64,000 nt of DNA from an uncultured Planctomycetota bacterium. Lineage in GTDB: Bacteria; Planctomycetota; Planctomycetia; Isosphaerales; Isosphaeraceae. The stretch covers positions 1,824,001-1,888,000 of the forward strand of contig CAWGMQ010000004.1 in the NCBI GenBank assembly GCA_963823665.1, given 5' to 3'. This document shows, piece by piece, positions 40,836 through 52,400 of the stretch (positions within the stretch are counted from its first letter, which is position 1; each line of letters begins with the position of its first letter). The notes beneath the pieces were generated by a model. That model was not told the DNA's origin, ran no database searches, and saw only the letters and a list, made by a program, of their open reading frames with translations. Made by a program: the position numbers and the translations under genes.

Positions 40836-42953
40836 TTAACCGCTGTTTTCGCGTGGCACATTTACACAAAATGTCGAGCTCGGCCATTTCGCGGCCAAAG
40901 ATGCCGAGCTCGGCATTCCCGAACGCAGCGCCGCGCCCGAACTCGCCGACGAGCAATCCACATCTCGTCCCTCCGCACTTGGTGGCCCGAGGCCATCCGA
41001 AGCATCGCCATCGTCCCCCTGACCGAAGGCCTCCTCTCCCATCGTTCGGCGCGGGTCTCGGGCACCCGAAAGGTCACCGGCGTCCCCGTGCTCTACAGTT
41101 CGGCGCGGGTCTCGGGCACCCGATGGGTCGCCGCCGTCTCCCCGACCGCAGGTCTCCACTCCCCCACCACCCTCTCGTTCGCAACCACTCGCACCATCCC
41201 CACCAATCTCGTTTTGTATTTTCGTCGCTGGCCCTTTCTCCACAAGGCTTAAGGGAACAAGACCGCACGCCTCACCATTCCCGGTCTCCCCACGACCGAC
41301 GGTCTCCTCTCCGCCTTCTCCGCAAGTTCGACGCGGGTCTCGGGCACCCAAAGGGTCACCGGCGTCCCCTTGCTCTACAGTTCGGCGCGGGTCTCGGGCA
41401 CCCGATGGGTCGCCGCCGTCTCCCTGACCGACGGTCTCCTCTCCGCCTCCAACTTCCAGCTCGACACTGCTCCCACCACCCCCCTCAATTTCGTTTTGTA
41501 TTTTCGTCGCTGGCTCATTCCCCATAAGGCTTAAGGGAACAGAACCGTTGGGCTCAACAACCGCAGTTCCATGCCCCGAAAATGCCTCGTCCCTCGGCTT
41601 CATCCCACCATCAGCCACCACTCCGTGCACCCCATCTGCTCTCCGATCACCCGCAGCATTCCCACGCTCCCCAGCCACCCACCGCTCATAATCCGCAATG
41701 GCCCGCCGCCTGCGATCATCCTCCTCGCGCTGCGCATCGGTATACTCGAACGGCTGCTTCCCGTGCGTCGCCTCCCAGCGGGCCAGGCCCGCGTCGAGAT
41801 CGCCATCATAGCCCTGGGCATCGTGAATGGTCCCACGCTCGTCGATCACAAACCGCAGATCGGTCATCTGCCCGCGTCGTGCTTGCTCTTTCAGTTTCTC
41901 GCGTTCCCGCCGGGCCTTCCCCCACCCTTCCGCCTCATACCGTCGCTTCCTTTCAATCATCTCAATGTTCCGCACCACCAGTCGATTGGCTTTCTCCCGA
42001 TGGCGCTGAATCTGTGCCATCGTCTTGCTCTCCTCGTCGCTCGGGATATTGCACTGAACCTCCTCGAGGAAGGCGGCGACTTCTCCCCGCTCGGCTTGCA
42101 GCCTCAGCAGCCGGTCAATCGATTTGTCGACGATCTCCAGCAGCGCCTTCCGCCCGGCCGCGGTATCCGCCGGAGTGATTGCCTCCCACTCGTCTCGCCC
42201 GAGGTCGCCCTCATGCATCTCAACCTGATCATAGTGGATCTCGCACCGAAGCTCGTGAAAAGCCGTCGCAAAATTCGGACAAATGGCGTGGCTCGCGAGG
42301 AACACCATGGCCACCTCGGGATCACAAATGGCATCAAGCGGCTGCTTGCCCAGCAGGCGAATGGCCGTGAATTTCTGACACGAAAGCCAGCCCGATCCGT
42401 CCTCGCTCTCGTTCTCGATCGGCTTCCGCAGCTCGAACCACCGGTCCAGCAGCCAGCCGCAGCCCTCGGGGGTCGATTCAAGCTCGCGCACGATCACCAC
42501 CGGCTGATCAGGGTCAACAGGTTCCCCCGAATCCGAGGTCCGCGGCTGCTTGTTCTCATAGTCTCGCGACGGAAAAAGCTGCCAGGGCCCGCGGCGGTCA
42601 AACAACAAGCGACGCCCGAGCCCCGCGACATCCTTCCCCGCGCGAACCTTTTCGGCCTCCGTTCGCATCACAATATCGCGTGTCACCCTGTGGGCCTCGA
42701 TTCGATTGGCCCGCTTGAACTGCCAGCAAGCGATCGCCGCCATCTCCATCAGGTCTCCCTCGACCTCGTCTCTCGTCTGATACTTGGCCTTATAAGCATC
42801 AATCTTCGCCTGAAGCTCCGCCGGATCCTCGCCCGGCAAAACCGGCGTCTTGGCTGTCAGCCCATGCTTGAGCGCATTGAACCGCGACCCATTGCGAGTC
42901 GAGGCTCGCTGATCCTTCATCCCAACATTCACCGCACCCTGCTGCTCACTCAT
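40836..42953 (-). CDS. Hypothetical protein with N-terminal 'SRFNALKHGLTA' motif and a repeat-built C-terminus
   Basis: Long intact ORF; NALKHGLTAKTPVLPGED; low-complexity tail with 2x VPLSL..KIQNEI and 4x GARDPRRT. Confidence 0.8.
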   Translation of the reverse strand: MSEQQGAVNVGMKDQRASTRNGSRFNALKHGLTAKTPVLPGEDPAELQAKIDAYKAKYQTRDEVEGDLMEMAAIACWQFKRANRIEAHRVTRDIVMRTEAEKVRAGKDVAGLGRRLLFDRRGPWQLFPSRDYENKQPRTSDSGEPVDPDQPVVIVRELESTPEGCGWLLDRWFELRKPIENESEDGSGWLSCQKFTAIRLLGKQPLDAICDPEVAMVFLASHAICPNFATAFHELRCEIHYDQVEMHEGDLGRDEWEAITPADTAAGRKALLEIVDKSIDRLLRLQAERGEVAAFLEEVQCNIPSDEESKTMAQIQRHREKANRLVVRNIEMIERKRRYEAEGWGKARREREKLKEQARRGQMTDLRFVIDERGTIHDAQGYDGDLDAGLARWEATHGKQPFEYTDAQREEDDRRRRAIADYERWVAGERGNAAGDRRADGVHGVVADGGMKPRDEAFSGHGTAVVEPNGSVPLSLMGNEPATKIQNEIEGGGGSSVELEVGGGEETVGQGDGGDPSGARDPRRTVEQGDAGDPLGARDPRRTCGEGGEETVGRGETGNGEACGLVPLSLVEKGPATKIQNEIGGDGASGCEREGGGGVETCGRGDGGDPSGARDPRRTVEHGDAGDLSGARDPRRTMGEEAFGQGDDGDASDGLGPPSAEGRDVDCSSASSGAALRSGMPSSASLAAKWPSSTFCVNVPRENSG
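40990..41545 (-). repeat. In-frame ~282-bp tandem duplication containing the 51-bp module and pairs of REP-like GGTGCCCGAGACCCGCG(C/T)CGAAC units
   Basis: Module copies at 41208-41258 and 41490-41540; REP-like copies at ~41044, 41098, 41326 and 41380. Confidence 0.85.
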
Positions 42954-43168
42954 CGCATCACCATGACCCTCTCCGTCGCCCGAGCGTCCAGAAACCCCGC
43001 CCGCGTTCGACCACGTAGTTAAAGAACGAGAGATAAATATGTGCGGGCAGACCGTCGTCTTGGTCACCCCGGTGGCTCGCGCCGTTTTGCCGCCGGCCCA
43101 GCCCTGGACAATTCAAAAGCGCGAGTCGCGTCCGCGTGCTCATTCGCTGTTCTTCTGTTCTCTAGTCT

Positions 43169-43194
43169 TGGTACGAAATGGTACCCAGTGGTAC
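43169..43194 (-). repeat. 10-bp-periodic triad GTACCA upstream of the NALKHGL gene
   Basis: TGGTAC at 43169, 43179 and 43189, next to an A-tract. Confidence 0.8.
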
Positions 43195-43346
43195 GAAAAA
43201 CAAAAAACGCCTCGCGCGCTTGCCATCCCCGGCCCGCGCCCCGAGGCTATCCCCGATACGCAATCGCCGGTCGACGGAACCGCACGACCCGCGGCCTGGT
43301 TCAAACGTAGCAAGGCCACGATCACGCCCGCGGTGGTTCGCCACAC

Positions 43347-43367
43347 GTAGGGTGGGTGCAACCCACC
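43347..43367 (+). repeat. GTAG-type REP palindrome
   Basis: GTAG followed by the hairpin GGTGGGTGCAACCCACC. Confidence 0.7.
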
Positions 43368-44052
43368 GGCCGTACCAAAGAACCGGCATGGACCAGCCAT
43401 TGCAGCCCGCCACGACAGGGAATCGATGGACACTCCGTCGCCCCAGCACGAACAACCGTACTGGTGAACGCAAAATGCCCATTTTATCCCGTCAATTATA
43501 TATGGGACATGAATCTCCGGACTGCAAGAAAACTCCATTTTTTGGGACGATAATCCCGCATTAGATCCGGCCCAATCCTCGCGATCGCGTCAACCGTCAA
43601 ACCCGCCCGCAGAATCGCGCACGCGTCGCGCAGGCTGACCGTCCGCTTCAGCGCCGCCCTATTCATCTCGGCGGCCACGACAAAGCGCTGATGCATTGTT
43701 AAGATCATGATTTAATCATGTATTGTTATCTACATTCTTCTAGTTTTGCCGTCTATTCCGCGACCGGAGGCCGTCATCTCAAGCCGACGGAACCGGCCGG
43801 GCCCAAGAAAGAAACAGCGACAGCGCCAGTTTCAGTTTGGCGCTGCCTGGCTGTTGCAGAGCTTCAACCGAATACCGCAAGCGCCATCATGCCCGATCGC
43901 TTCCTGAGCAAACGATCGCTTCCTAACGAAACCGTGTGGATTCTTGGCGACACAACACCGGTTCGATCCCTTTCCATCATTGCAGTCGAATTACGAACGC
44001 ATTATCGTGAGTTTGGAGGCTCGTTATTCACCAACCGACGGAGGACCCATCG

Positions 44053-44700
44053 ATGACGAAGGCCGGTCGATCGACATTTGTCGTTGCGATTTCGATAATC
44101 CTACCGCTGTCATTCCCGCACTCGACCCGCGCACAACAACTGGTCGCTTACGGTACCTGGAATGGTTACGCGACCTACACGGAAACGGATTACGACCCGT
44201 ACGGCAACGTGATCAACCAATTTTCCCAGGACGGGAGTTCGCAGTTGGACCTGGATATCTATGCTACTACTGACCCTGACTACGCACCTTTTTACGCCAC
44301 CGTCACCGGGCCCCCCGGGTTCCTGAGCAACCTCGGGTACCTACAGCCCGTGCTCTATGGCGTATCATTCGGCCCCACGAGCGCATCCGGGTCTGGGTTC
44401 ACCGGCGCGCTTTTCGGCGTTCTGGGCGACTTCGATGTGAGTTACCTGGGTATCCTCCCGGATGGCCAGATCAATACTACGGGAGGTTTCGCGGTTGCGG
44501 ACATTTCGGGTCTCACATATCCTCCGGCTGGGCCCGCCGCCTACATCTCATTTTTCGCGTCGTTCCAGAGCGTACCAGAGCCAACAGCCATCGTCCCGAT
44601 GGCCATCGGCGCCATCGTGGTAGCTACCGCGGTCGCCATTCGCCGGCGTCGCGCTCGCAAGCCCCTTGCACGGGCAAGAGCGGCGGGCGGGCTGGAATAG
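44053..44700 (+). CDS. PEP-CTERM sorting domain protein
   Basis: Signal peptide; C-terminal VPEP + TM + RRRRAR; GGAGG RBS. Confidence 0.9.
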   Translation: MTKAGRSTFVVAISIILPLSFPHSTRAQQLVAYGTWNGYATYTETDYDPYGNVINQFSQDGSSQLDLDIYATTDPDYAPFYATVTGPPGFLSNLGYLQPVLYGVSFGPTSASGSGFTGALFGVLGDFDVSYLGILPDGQINTTGGFAVADISGLTYPPAGPAAYISFFASFQSVPEPTAIVPMAIGAIVVATAVAIRRRRARKPLARARAAGGLE

Positions 44701-44828
44701 GCACAGTCGTCTGAACGGGGCGTTCTTCCATCCCGCCGGCTTGGTTGATGGCACACGCGACGCTTGGGTCTCGCCAGACGGTAGCGGCCGATCCGTGTCG
44801 CGGGGTGCGGTCGTTCGCGGTGCGTGCT

Positions 44829-45428
44829 CTAGGCTCCCTCGACGTAGTACGTTCCCGTCGAGCTCGGCGGGATATTGACCGTGTTATTGCTGCCGGCTTC
44901 GATGATCTGGCCCGAGCCGAGAGCATTCTCGTTGAAGACATTCGCGCCCGAACCGCCGACGAGCCAATCAACTCCGCTCCCGGCGTCGAACGTGTTCGTG
45001 CCCGAACCGCCGAAAAAGTCGTCATTACCGGTGGTGCTGACGAAGAGATTCGGGCCAGAGCCACCCCACGCCACAGTGTGGAGGCCGGTTTCGTTTTCAA
45101 ATGTCTGGGCGCCCGAAACGCCGCTGCCCTCGTAATAGACAAACCCAACCGCGCTAATGCCGAAATAATTGTTAGCGCCGTTTAGGTTCACATCGAGTTT
45201 CATCGTCCCGTTAACGTTCTGGTACGACACAATGGCAACGTTGGCCCCGGTTGACGAGGGCGTGACCGTGACGAGTCCGCCCGTCAGGACAACGCTGCCC
45301 CCCGTCAACAGATTGCGGCACTCGAGTCGGTCGAACGCGACATCGAATCGTCGCGGCCGCGCCCTCTGCCTCCTCACAGGTTCTGCCAGTTCTGCACCTT
45401 GGATTTTCCTACCCAGAAATCGACGCAT
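44829..45428 (-). CDS. Small secreted protein with planctomycete export motif and RTX-like Gly-rich turns
   Basis: Arg-rich N-terminus + FDRLECRNLL; GGSGPNLF, GGSGTNTF, AGSGVDWL, GGSGANVF. Confidence 0.75.
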   Translation of the reverse strand: MRRFLGRKIQGAELAEPVRRQRARPRRFDVAFDRLECRNLLTGGSVVLTGGLVTVTPSSTGANVAIVSYQNVNGTMKLDVNLNGANNYFGISAVGFVYYEGSGVSGAQTFENETGLHTVAWGGSGPNLFVSTTGNDDFFGGSGTNTFDAGSGVDWLVGGSGANVFNENALGSGQIIEAGSNNTVNIPPSSTGTYYVEGA

Positions 45429-45649
45429 CGCAGAAATCTCCCGAGATTGGATGAGAGTGGAAGCGATCAACTGACGCTGGCGCTCGCCAACAGCGCGGCA
45501 ACCGCATGCCTCGAGCGGCACGCCATCGTGGCAACCCTAGAACACGCCCGAGGTCCAGCCCATTTTTTTGGGCTGGCGCTCCTTGACTCGATGTCGCGGG
45601 AAGGTCAGATTTCCGCCTCGTCGGCATAGGGGTCTCCCAGGGTCAGACC

Positions 45650-46038
45650 CGGTCCTCAAACAAGCGTTAGAAAAGAACGAATGCATTCTTAACAATATAT
45701 TAATTCTATGACGCAGGATCGTCGCCACGGGTCAACCGTTCCCCGTTTCCACTTCACAACTCTTCCGTTGCATCGGCTCGGCGCCTCTCTTTTGTTCGAT
45801 GGCCAATTCGGATCGGGGCATCCGCACCCCAACTTCAGGTCAACAACCCTGATACAGCCAAGCGACCTGCAGCCGCTCTACGAGCCGCAGGAACGTCGTC
45901 CGCCAGGGATTCCAGGACAGTGCCTCGGCGCCGTGATCGTACGAGGGTGCCATCAACGTCGAGGATCGCCTCGGTGAGAAGGGTCGAGGGCTGCTCTGCC
46001 CAGACCCGCAGTCGCGATTGGTTAATTGCGTCCATCAC
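45650..46038 (-). mobile_element. IS1380-family relic: internally deleted transposase plus probable right end
   Basis: AINQSRLRVWAEQP..AILDVDGTLV (first catalytic Asp region) joined at ~45930 to the C-terminal LSWNPWRTTFLRLVERL; candidate terminus CCGGTCCTCAAACAAGCG at ~45650. Confidence 0.6.
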
Positions 46039-46089
46039 ACCCCTGCGTGAGCCCCTCCTCGCTCATCGCTGCGCTTCTGATCAGCGCGA

Positions 46090-46217
46090 TCTCACGCAAA
46101 GGCACCAAGCCGCAAAGGCCAATTCAGAGAATGCAGCGATCTCGCTCACAACCCCCAGCCATCAATTCCCAGGTCGCCACACCGTCGGCATTCTCTTCTT
46201 TGCGCCGTTGCGTGAGA
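46090..46217. repeat. Inverted pair of the TCTCACGCAA..CGCAAAG motif enclosing a short spacer (REPIN/MITE-like)
   Basis: TCTCACGCAA 46090-46099 and TTGCGTGAGA 46208-46217; same motif that heads the 12.3-13.8 kb array units. Confidence 0.75.
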
Positions 46218-46455
46218 ACCCTCTTTCCTCTTTTCACGCCCCTCACGCTCCATGACGGCGCCCGCGCCGCTCGCTCGTGTTTTTCCACGCGCCAGGTGGT
46301 CGGCGGATTAACCGGAACGGTAGAACGTTGCACGCGGCTTTTCGCAGGATTAAGCTGATCGCCGATATCGGATTCACGCTCCCGGATCGGGTCCCTCCGG
46401 GAAAGAACGGTTCATCCAAGGCTCGCAGAACAGCCCCGACAACGGAGATGACGCT

Positions 46456-49400
46456 ATGTCCGCACGCCGCCGCGGCCGGTCGTCTAATTCCTTTTTCCAG
46501 AAGCAACTGCACGAGGCGTTCCGACGCCGCTCACGTCGCCGGCGGCGACGCCTGCCCCTGGCGCTCGAAGGGCTCGAGTGCCGGATCGCTCCGGCGGTTT
46601 TCGTTGTCACCAACATCAATGACACCGGCACCGGCTCCTTCCGCCAGGCGATCCTCAACTCGAATGCCAGCAACGTCGCCAACGTCATCCAGTTCGACAT
46701 TGCGGGCTCGGGCGTCGAGACCATCTCGCTCCACTCGGCATTGCCGGCCCTCGCCCAGGCAGTCACGATCCAGGGCAACTCGCAGCCCGGTTTCAACAAT
46801 TCCCCGCTGATCTGCTTGGACGGAACCAGTGCCGGCAGCGGTTCCGGCGGCCTCGATATCACCGCCGCCAACTGCACGGTAGAGTGGCTCATCGTCCAGC
46901 ATTTCTCCGGCGACGGCATCACGATCACCAGTGCGAACAACATGCTCGCCCACGATGTCGTCTCCGGCAACCAGGGCAACGGCATCACGATCACCAGCAC
47001 CAGTGCCAATTCCAACACCGTCGAGGCGAGCCTGATCGGCACCAACGTCGCCGGCACTGCGGCCCTAGCCAACCAGCAAGACGGCATCGATGTCGAGAAC
47101 GGCTCGCACAACCTGATCGGCACCAACACGATCTCGACCTCCTGGACCCTCGGCAACGTGATCTCCGGCAACGCCGGCGACGGCGTAGCCTTGGGCGGCA
47201 CGTCGGCAAGCTCCAATCAGGTAAGCGGCAATCGCATCGGCACCAATGCCGCCGGCGCCGCGGCCATCGCCAACGGCACGACCCAGGATTCCAGCGGCGA
47301 CTATGGCTCCGGCGTCAGCGTGACCGACGCCGTGAATACCTTCATCGGCGCCGACCTGGGTGCCGGCTCGAATAACATCATTTCCGGCAACAAGGGGTCG
47401 GGCATCGACATCACCGGCAAGGCAACCGGCACCATCGTCGGCGGCAACTACATCGGCACCGACTACACCGCCGCAGCGGCGCTGGCCAACGGCGATGCCG
47501 GCGTCACCATCGACGGCGCCACCGGCAACTCGATCGGCGGCGCCAAGGCGCTCGGCCTGGCCAACATTATCTCGGGCAACACCGGCGCCGGCATCGATCT
47601 CGAGAACGCGGCCAATAGCAACACGATTCAGGGCAACTTCATCGGCACCAATCCCACCGGAACCGCCGGCGTCGGCAACGGCGCCGACGGCATCAGCATC
47701 GAGGATAGCAGCTCCAACCAGATCGGCGGCGCCGGCTTCGCTGCCTTCGGAAACTTGATCTCCGCCAACCAGCAGAGCGGCATCGGCATCGAGAACAACT
47801 CGAGCAGTAACATCGTGCAGGGCAACTATATCGGAACCGACTTTACCGGCGCCAGGGCGATCGGGAACTGGGAGGATGGCGTCGGCATCAACGGGGATAG
47901 CAGCAATGGCACGGTCGGCTTCGAGCCCACCGATCAGCCCAAGGCCAATCTCATTGGCGGCGCCGGGACGAACATCCTCGGCCTGAGTGCTCCGACGCTG
48001 GGAACCGTCTCAGCCCTGGGCAACCTGATTTCCGGCAATTTCCGGGAAGGCGTCAGCATCCAGGACGCGGTCGGCAACTACGTCTACGGTAACGATATCG
48101 GTACCGACGTCACCGGCACGCGTGCTCTCGGCAACGGCTCCGATGGCGTCAATGTCGGCGCGATTTCGTCGGCAAATGTGATCGGCGCCAGCCGCAGCGG
48201 AGGCTTTGGCAACCTCATCTCTGCCAATCTCGGCAACGGCATTGCCATCGAGTCAGGCGCCACCCAGACCGTCGTGCAGGGGAACTTCATCGGCACGAGT
48301 GGTGCCGGCAACGCCGCGCTCGGCAACGGCACGCTGCAAAACCCCCTGACCGGCGACTATGGCAATGGCATCGGCATCGACGGCGCTTCCAACAACGTGA
48401 TCGGCGGCACCAGCCTGGACGTCGGCAACCTGATCTCCGGCAATGCCGGCAACGGCATCGGCATCGGACGCAATCCGATGGAGATGATCGCCGGCGTCCC
48501 CCAGTTCGGCCCAGCGGTCAATGACACCGTCATCGGCAACTATATCGGCACCGACTCAAGCGGCACCACGGCCATCGGCAACGGCTGGCAGCTCACCTTT
48601 GATGCCACAGGCCTGGGAAAATTTGGCGACGGTATCGCCATTGAAGGGGCGTTCAACATCACCATCGGCGGCAGCAGCAATGCCGGGCTCGGCAACTTGA
48701 TCTCCGGCAATGTCGGCAACGGTATTGGCATCGGTGCCGACCAGGGTGTCGCCGGCTTTCGGCTCGGCTGGGGCGTCCCTTCCGCCAGTGATTTCGTCTG
48801 GGGCAATCGCATCGGCACCACGGCCGACGGCAGCGGGCCCCTCGGCAACGGCTGGACGCAGGATCCCCAGGGCGGTTTTGGCAACGGCATCGCCATCGAG
48901 TACGGCGCTTCCAACATCCAGATCGGCGGACCCTTGGGAACAGGCCTCGGGAACCTGATTTCCGGCAACGCCGCCGACGGGGTCAGCATCGAAAAGAACG
49001 CGCTCTTCAACCGAGTGCAGGGCAACTTCATCGGCACCGACGCCTTTGGTGACTACGAGATCGGCAACGGAGCCGCCAATCCGGCGAATCCCGGCAATGG
49101 CGTCGGCATCAATGGCACCACGAGCAATCTGATCGGCGGCACCAGTGCCCAGGGCCTCGGCAACTTGATCTCCGGCAACGCCGGCGACGGCGTCGCCATC
49201 GAAAACGGCGGGCAGACCAATCAAGTGTTTGGCAACTTGATAGGCACGGATGTGACGGGCGAGTTTCCGGTCGCCAACGGCTGGCAGGTGAATTCGCAGG
49301 GCAACTTCGGCAACGGCGTCGGCATCAACGGCTCGAACAACAATCTGATCGGCGGCGACAGCACCCTGGGCCTCGGCAACGTGATCTCGGGTAACGCCGG

Positions 49401-52400
49401 CAACGGCGTCGGCATCGAAAACGGCTCCCAGACCAACTTCGTTCTGGGCAATTTTATCGGCACCGACGCGCTCGGCACCGGCTCCCTGGGCAACGGCGCG
49501 CCCGCCAATTCCCAGGGCGAGCATGGCAGCGGCGTCGAGATCAATGCCTCGAACAACAATACAATCGGCGACGGCCGCGGACTCATACCGGGTCCGACCG
49601 TCTGGCTCCTGCCCAGCATGGGCAACCTCATTTCCGCGAATAATGGCGACGGCGTGATCATCACCAACCAGGCCAACGAGAACGTTGTGCTGGGCAACTA
49701 CATCGGCACCGATATCTCCGGAGCAGCGGCCCTTGGCAACGACGAGAACGGGGTCCACACCAACCTTACCTCCAACAACAACACGATTGGCGGGAACCTG
49801 ATTTCGGGTAACCAAAGCAGTGGAGTTCTGATTCAAAACAAAGGCCTGGCGAACCAGATCGTGGCCAACCGGATCGGCTTCACCAATTCGACGGTGGCGC
49901 GGATAAAGCTCATCAACGGCGAATGGGGCGTGTGGGTCTCGAACGCTGACACCACCGTGATCGGAATGAACCTGGCCGAAATGAACAGGCTCGAGTTCGG
50001 GCTCGGCAACGTCATCTCCAGCAATGGCTTGGGGCCAGTCTGGGTGGATCCGAGCGACGAAGTTACCATCCTCGGCAACTCGATCGGGTCCAATGGCCCC
50101 GATGGGCAAGAGCCGGGGATCTTACTGACCGACGGATCGAACAACGACCAGCAGGCGCCCGATCTGACGTCGGTCGTCCTCCACGGGGTCAACCAGGTCA
50201 CGATCCAGGGGACTCTGGTCGGCACGCCAAGCACGATCTACCTGTTGCAGTTCTTCTCCAACCCGAGCAACGATCCGGAAGGACAGACTTTCATCGGTCA
50301 GGAAACGGTTGAGACAAATTCCAGTGGAAATGCCAGTTTCTCACCCTCGTTTGCTCCAGGACCACTCGACCAGACCGGTTACACCGCCACGGCGACCGAT
50401 TCCCTCGGGAACACCTCGGAGTTCTCGGCGCCCCAGCCGCTCTTGGTGGCGGTGGGATTCAAATCGACCGTAGCGCCGAATCCGCTCTATGCCGGCGAAT
50501 CGGCAACGCTGACCGTGACCGTCAGTAGCGCGGTTCCGGGGAACTGGCCGGCTCCGACAGGGACGGTCTCCTTCTACAATGGCACCACGCAGATCGGCAG
50601 CTCATCGGTAAGCAACGGCCAGGCCACTCTCGATGTGCCCGGACAACCGGCAGGGGGTCTTGGCATCACGATCCAGTACAGCGGCGACGACGTGTTCGCG
50701 CCGGCGACTGGATCGGCTGGCGTCGCTTGGAACCATATCCCGACGACACTCACGTTGTCCCCTCTCGAAGGTGTGGCCACGCCTGACAACGAAGACGACA
50801 TTGAGTTGACCGCAACTGTTACCGCGAGCGTGTCGGGGGATACGGAACCGACGGGAACCGTTGGTTTCGCCATGTATGCCTATGAGTACTGGCAAAACCA
50901 CTCGAATATCTGGGAACCAATTTGGTGGGGAACGACGACGCTATCGGGAAATGAGGCACAGATATCGGCGGATCTCACCTCACCCGACGACATTTTCACC
51001 CAAGGGTACGGTTATCTCGGCCCCTTCGTAGCCGAGGCGTTTTACGTCGGCGATGCTAACTATTCTGGGAGTTCCGACTCGGGTTTTGACGTTCCTCCGC
51101 CCCCTCCCCCGCCTCCGCCCCCGCCGCCCACCCCGCAAAACACCGGCATCAGCGTGACGAGCTCCTCGAACACCGCCCCTTACGGCCAGTCCGTCACCCT
51201 CACCGCGACGATGAACTACTCCGGCTACGTGCCCTTCGGCACGGTCACCTTCTACGACGGCTCGACCCCGATCGGAACGGCGGGCCTGAACTATGCGTCA
51301 GGCTACGACCAGGCCAGCTTCACGATTTCAAACCTTGCGGTCGGCAGTCACGACATCACCGCCGGGTACGGTGGCGATCCCGTCTGCAATCCGTCCACCT
51401 CCGACCCGATCACCCAGACGATCACCCTGGATGACGCAGTAGTCTCCATCACCGACGACGAGAGCCCGATCCAGGTTAACGACACTGTGACCTTCACCGC
51501 CACGATTGACAGCGCCCCCGGCAGTCCGCCGCCGACCGGGATCGTGTCCTTCTACGCGAGCGGGAAGCTCGCTGGCGCTTCCTATGTGGAACCAATCGGG
51601 GGCGGGGCCACGGCTTCGGTCACGATTTACGGGATCACCGGCGACGTCACCGATATCACCGCGGTTTATAGCGGCGACGATATATACAGCACGGGTACCG
51701 GCGATCTCCCAATTGACGTCGAACAGCTCACCCCAGAACTGACGATGACCTCCGATTTTGATCCCTCGGTGGCTGGGGAGTCGCTCTCGTTTCTGGTCAG
51801 CATGACCGGACCGGATGCTGGCGATCCAACGCCGACCGGTTCCGTCGATCTTTACGCCAACGGCCAGTTTATCGGCTCGGCGCCGCTCATCCCGACGAGC
51901 GCGAATGCAATGGCGAGCGTGCTGGTTCCAAGTCTGCCGGCCGGCTCGTACCTGATCACCGCCAGTTACAGCGGCGACTATAACTATGTTCCGGATACCG
52001 ACGACAGCGGGCCCTTGGTCCAGACGGTGCAGAATCTCGGCCTCGCGGATTCGACGACCGCCCTCACGATCACACCCAACCCGTCGTGGGCCGGAGAAAC
52101 CCTCGCGCTCACCGCGAACGTGACCGGTGCGGCGGCACTCCCCACGGGCACCGTCACCTTCTACGACGGTAGCACGACGCTCGGTTCCGCAACGCTCTCA
52201 AACGCGAGCGGCGTCGCCCAGGCAACGCTCGACACATCTGCATTCTTGCCCGGTGCCCACGTGATCACAGCCGTTTTTAACGGCAACACCGTCTACAACA
52301 CGAGCACGAGCACCGCCACCCAGACCATCACCGCGGCACACACTTCCCTCGCGCTATCATTGGCGTCCAACCCGTCCCCGGTCGGCCAGCCGATTACGAT

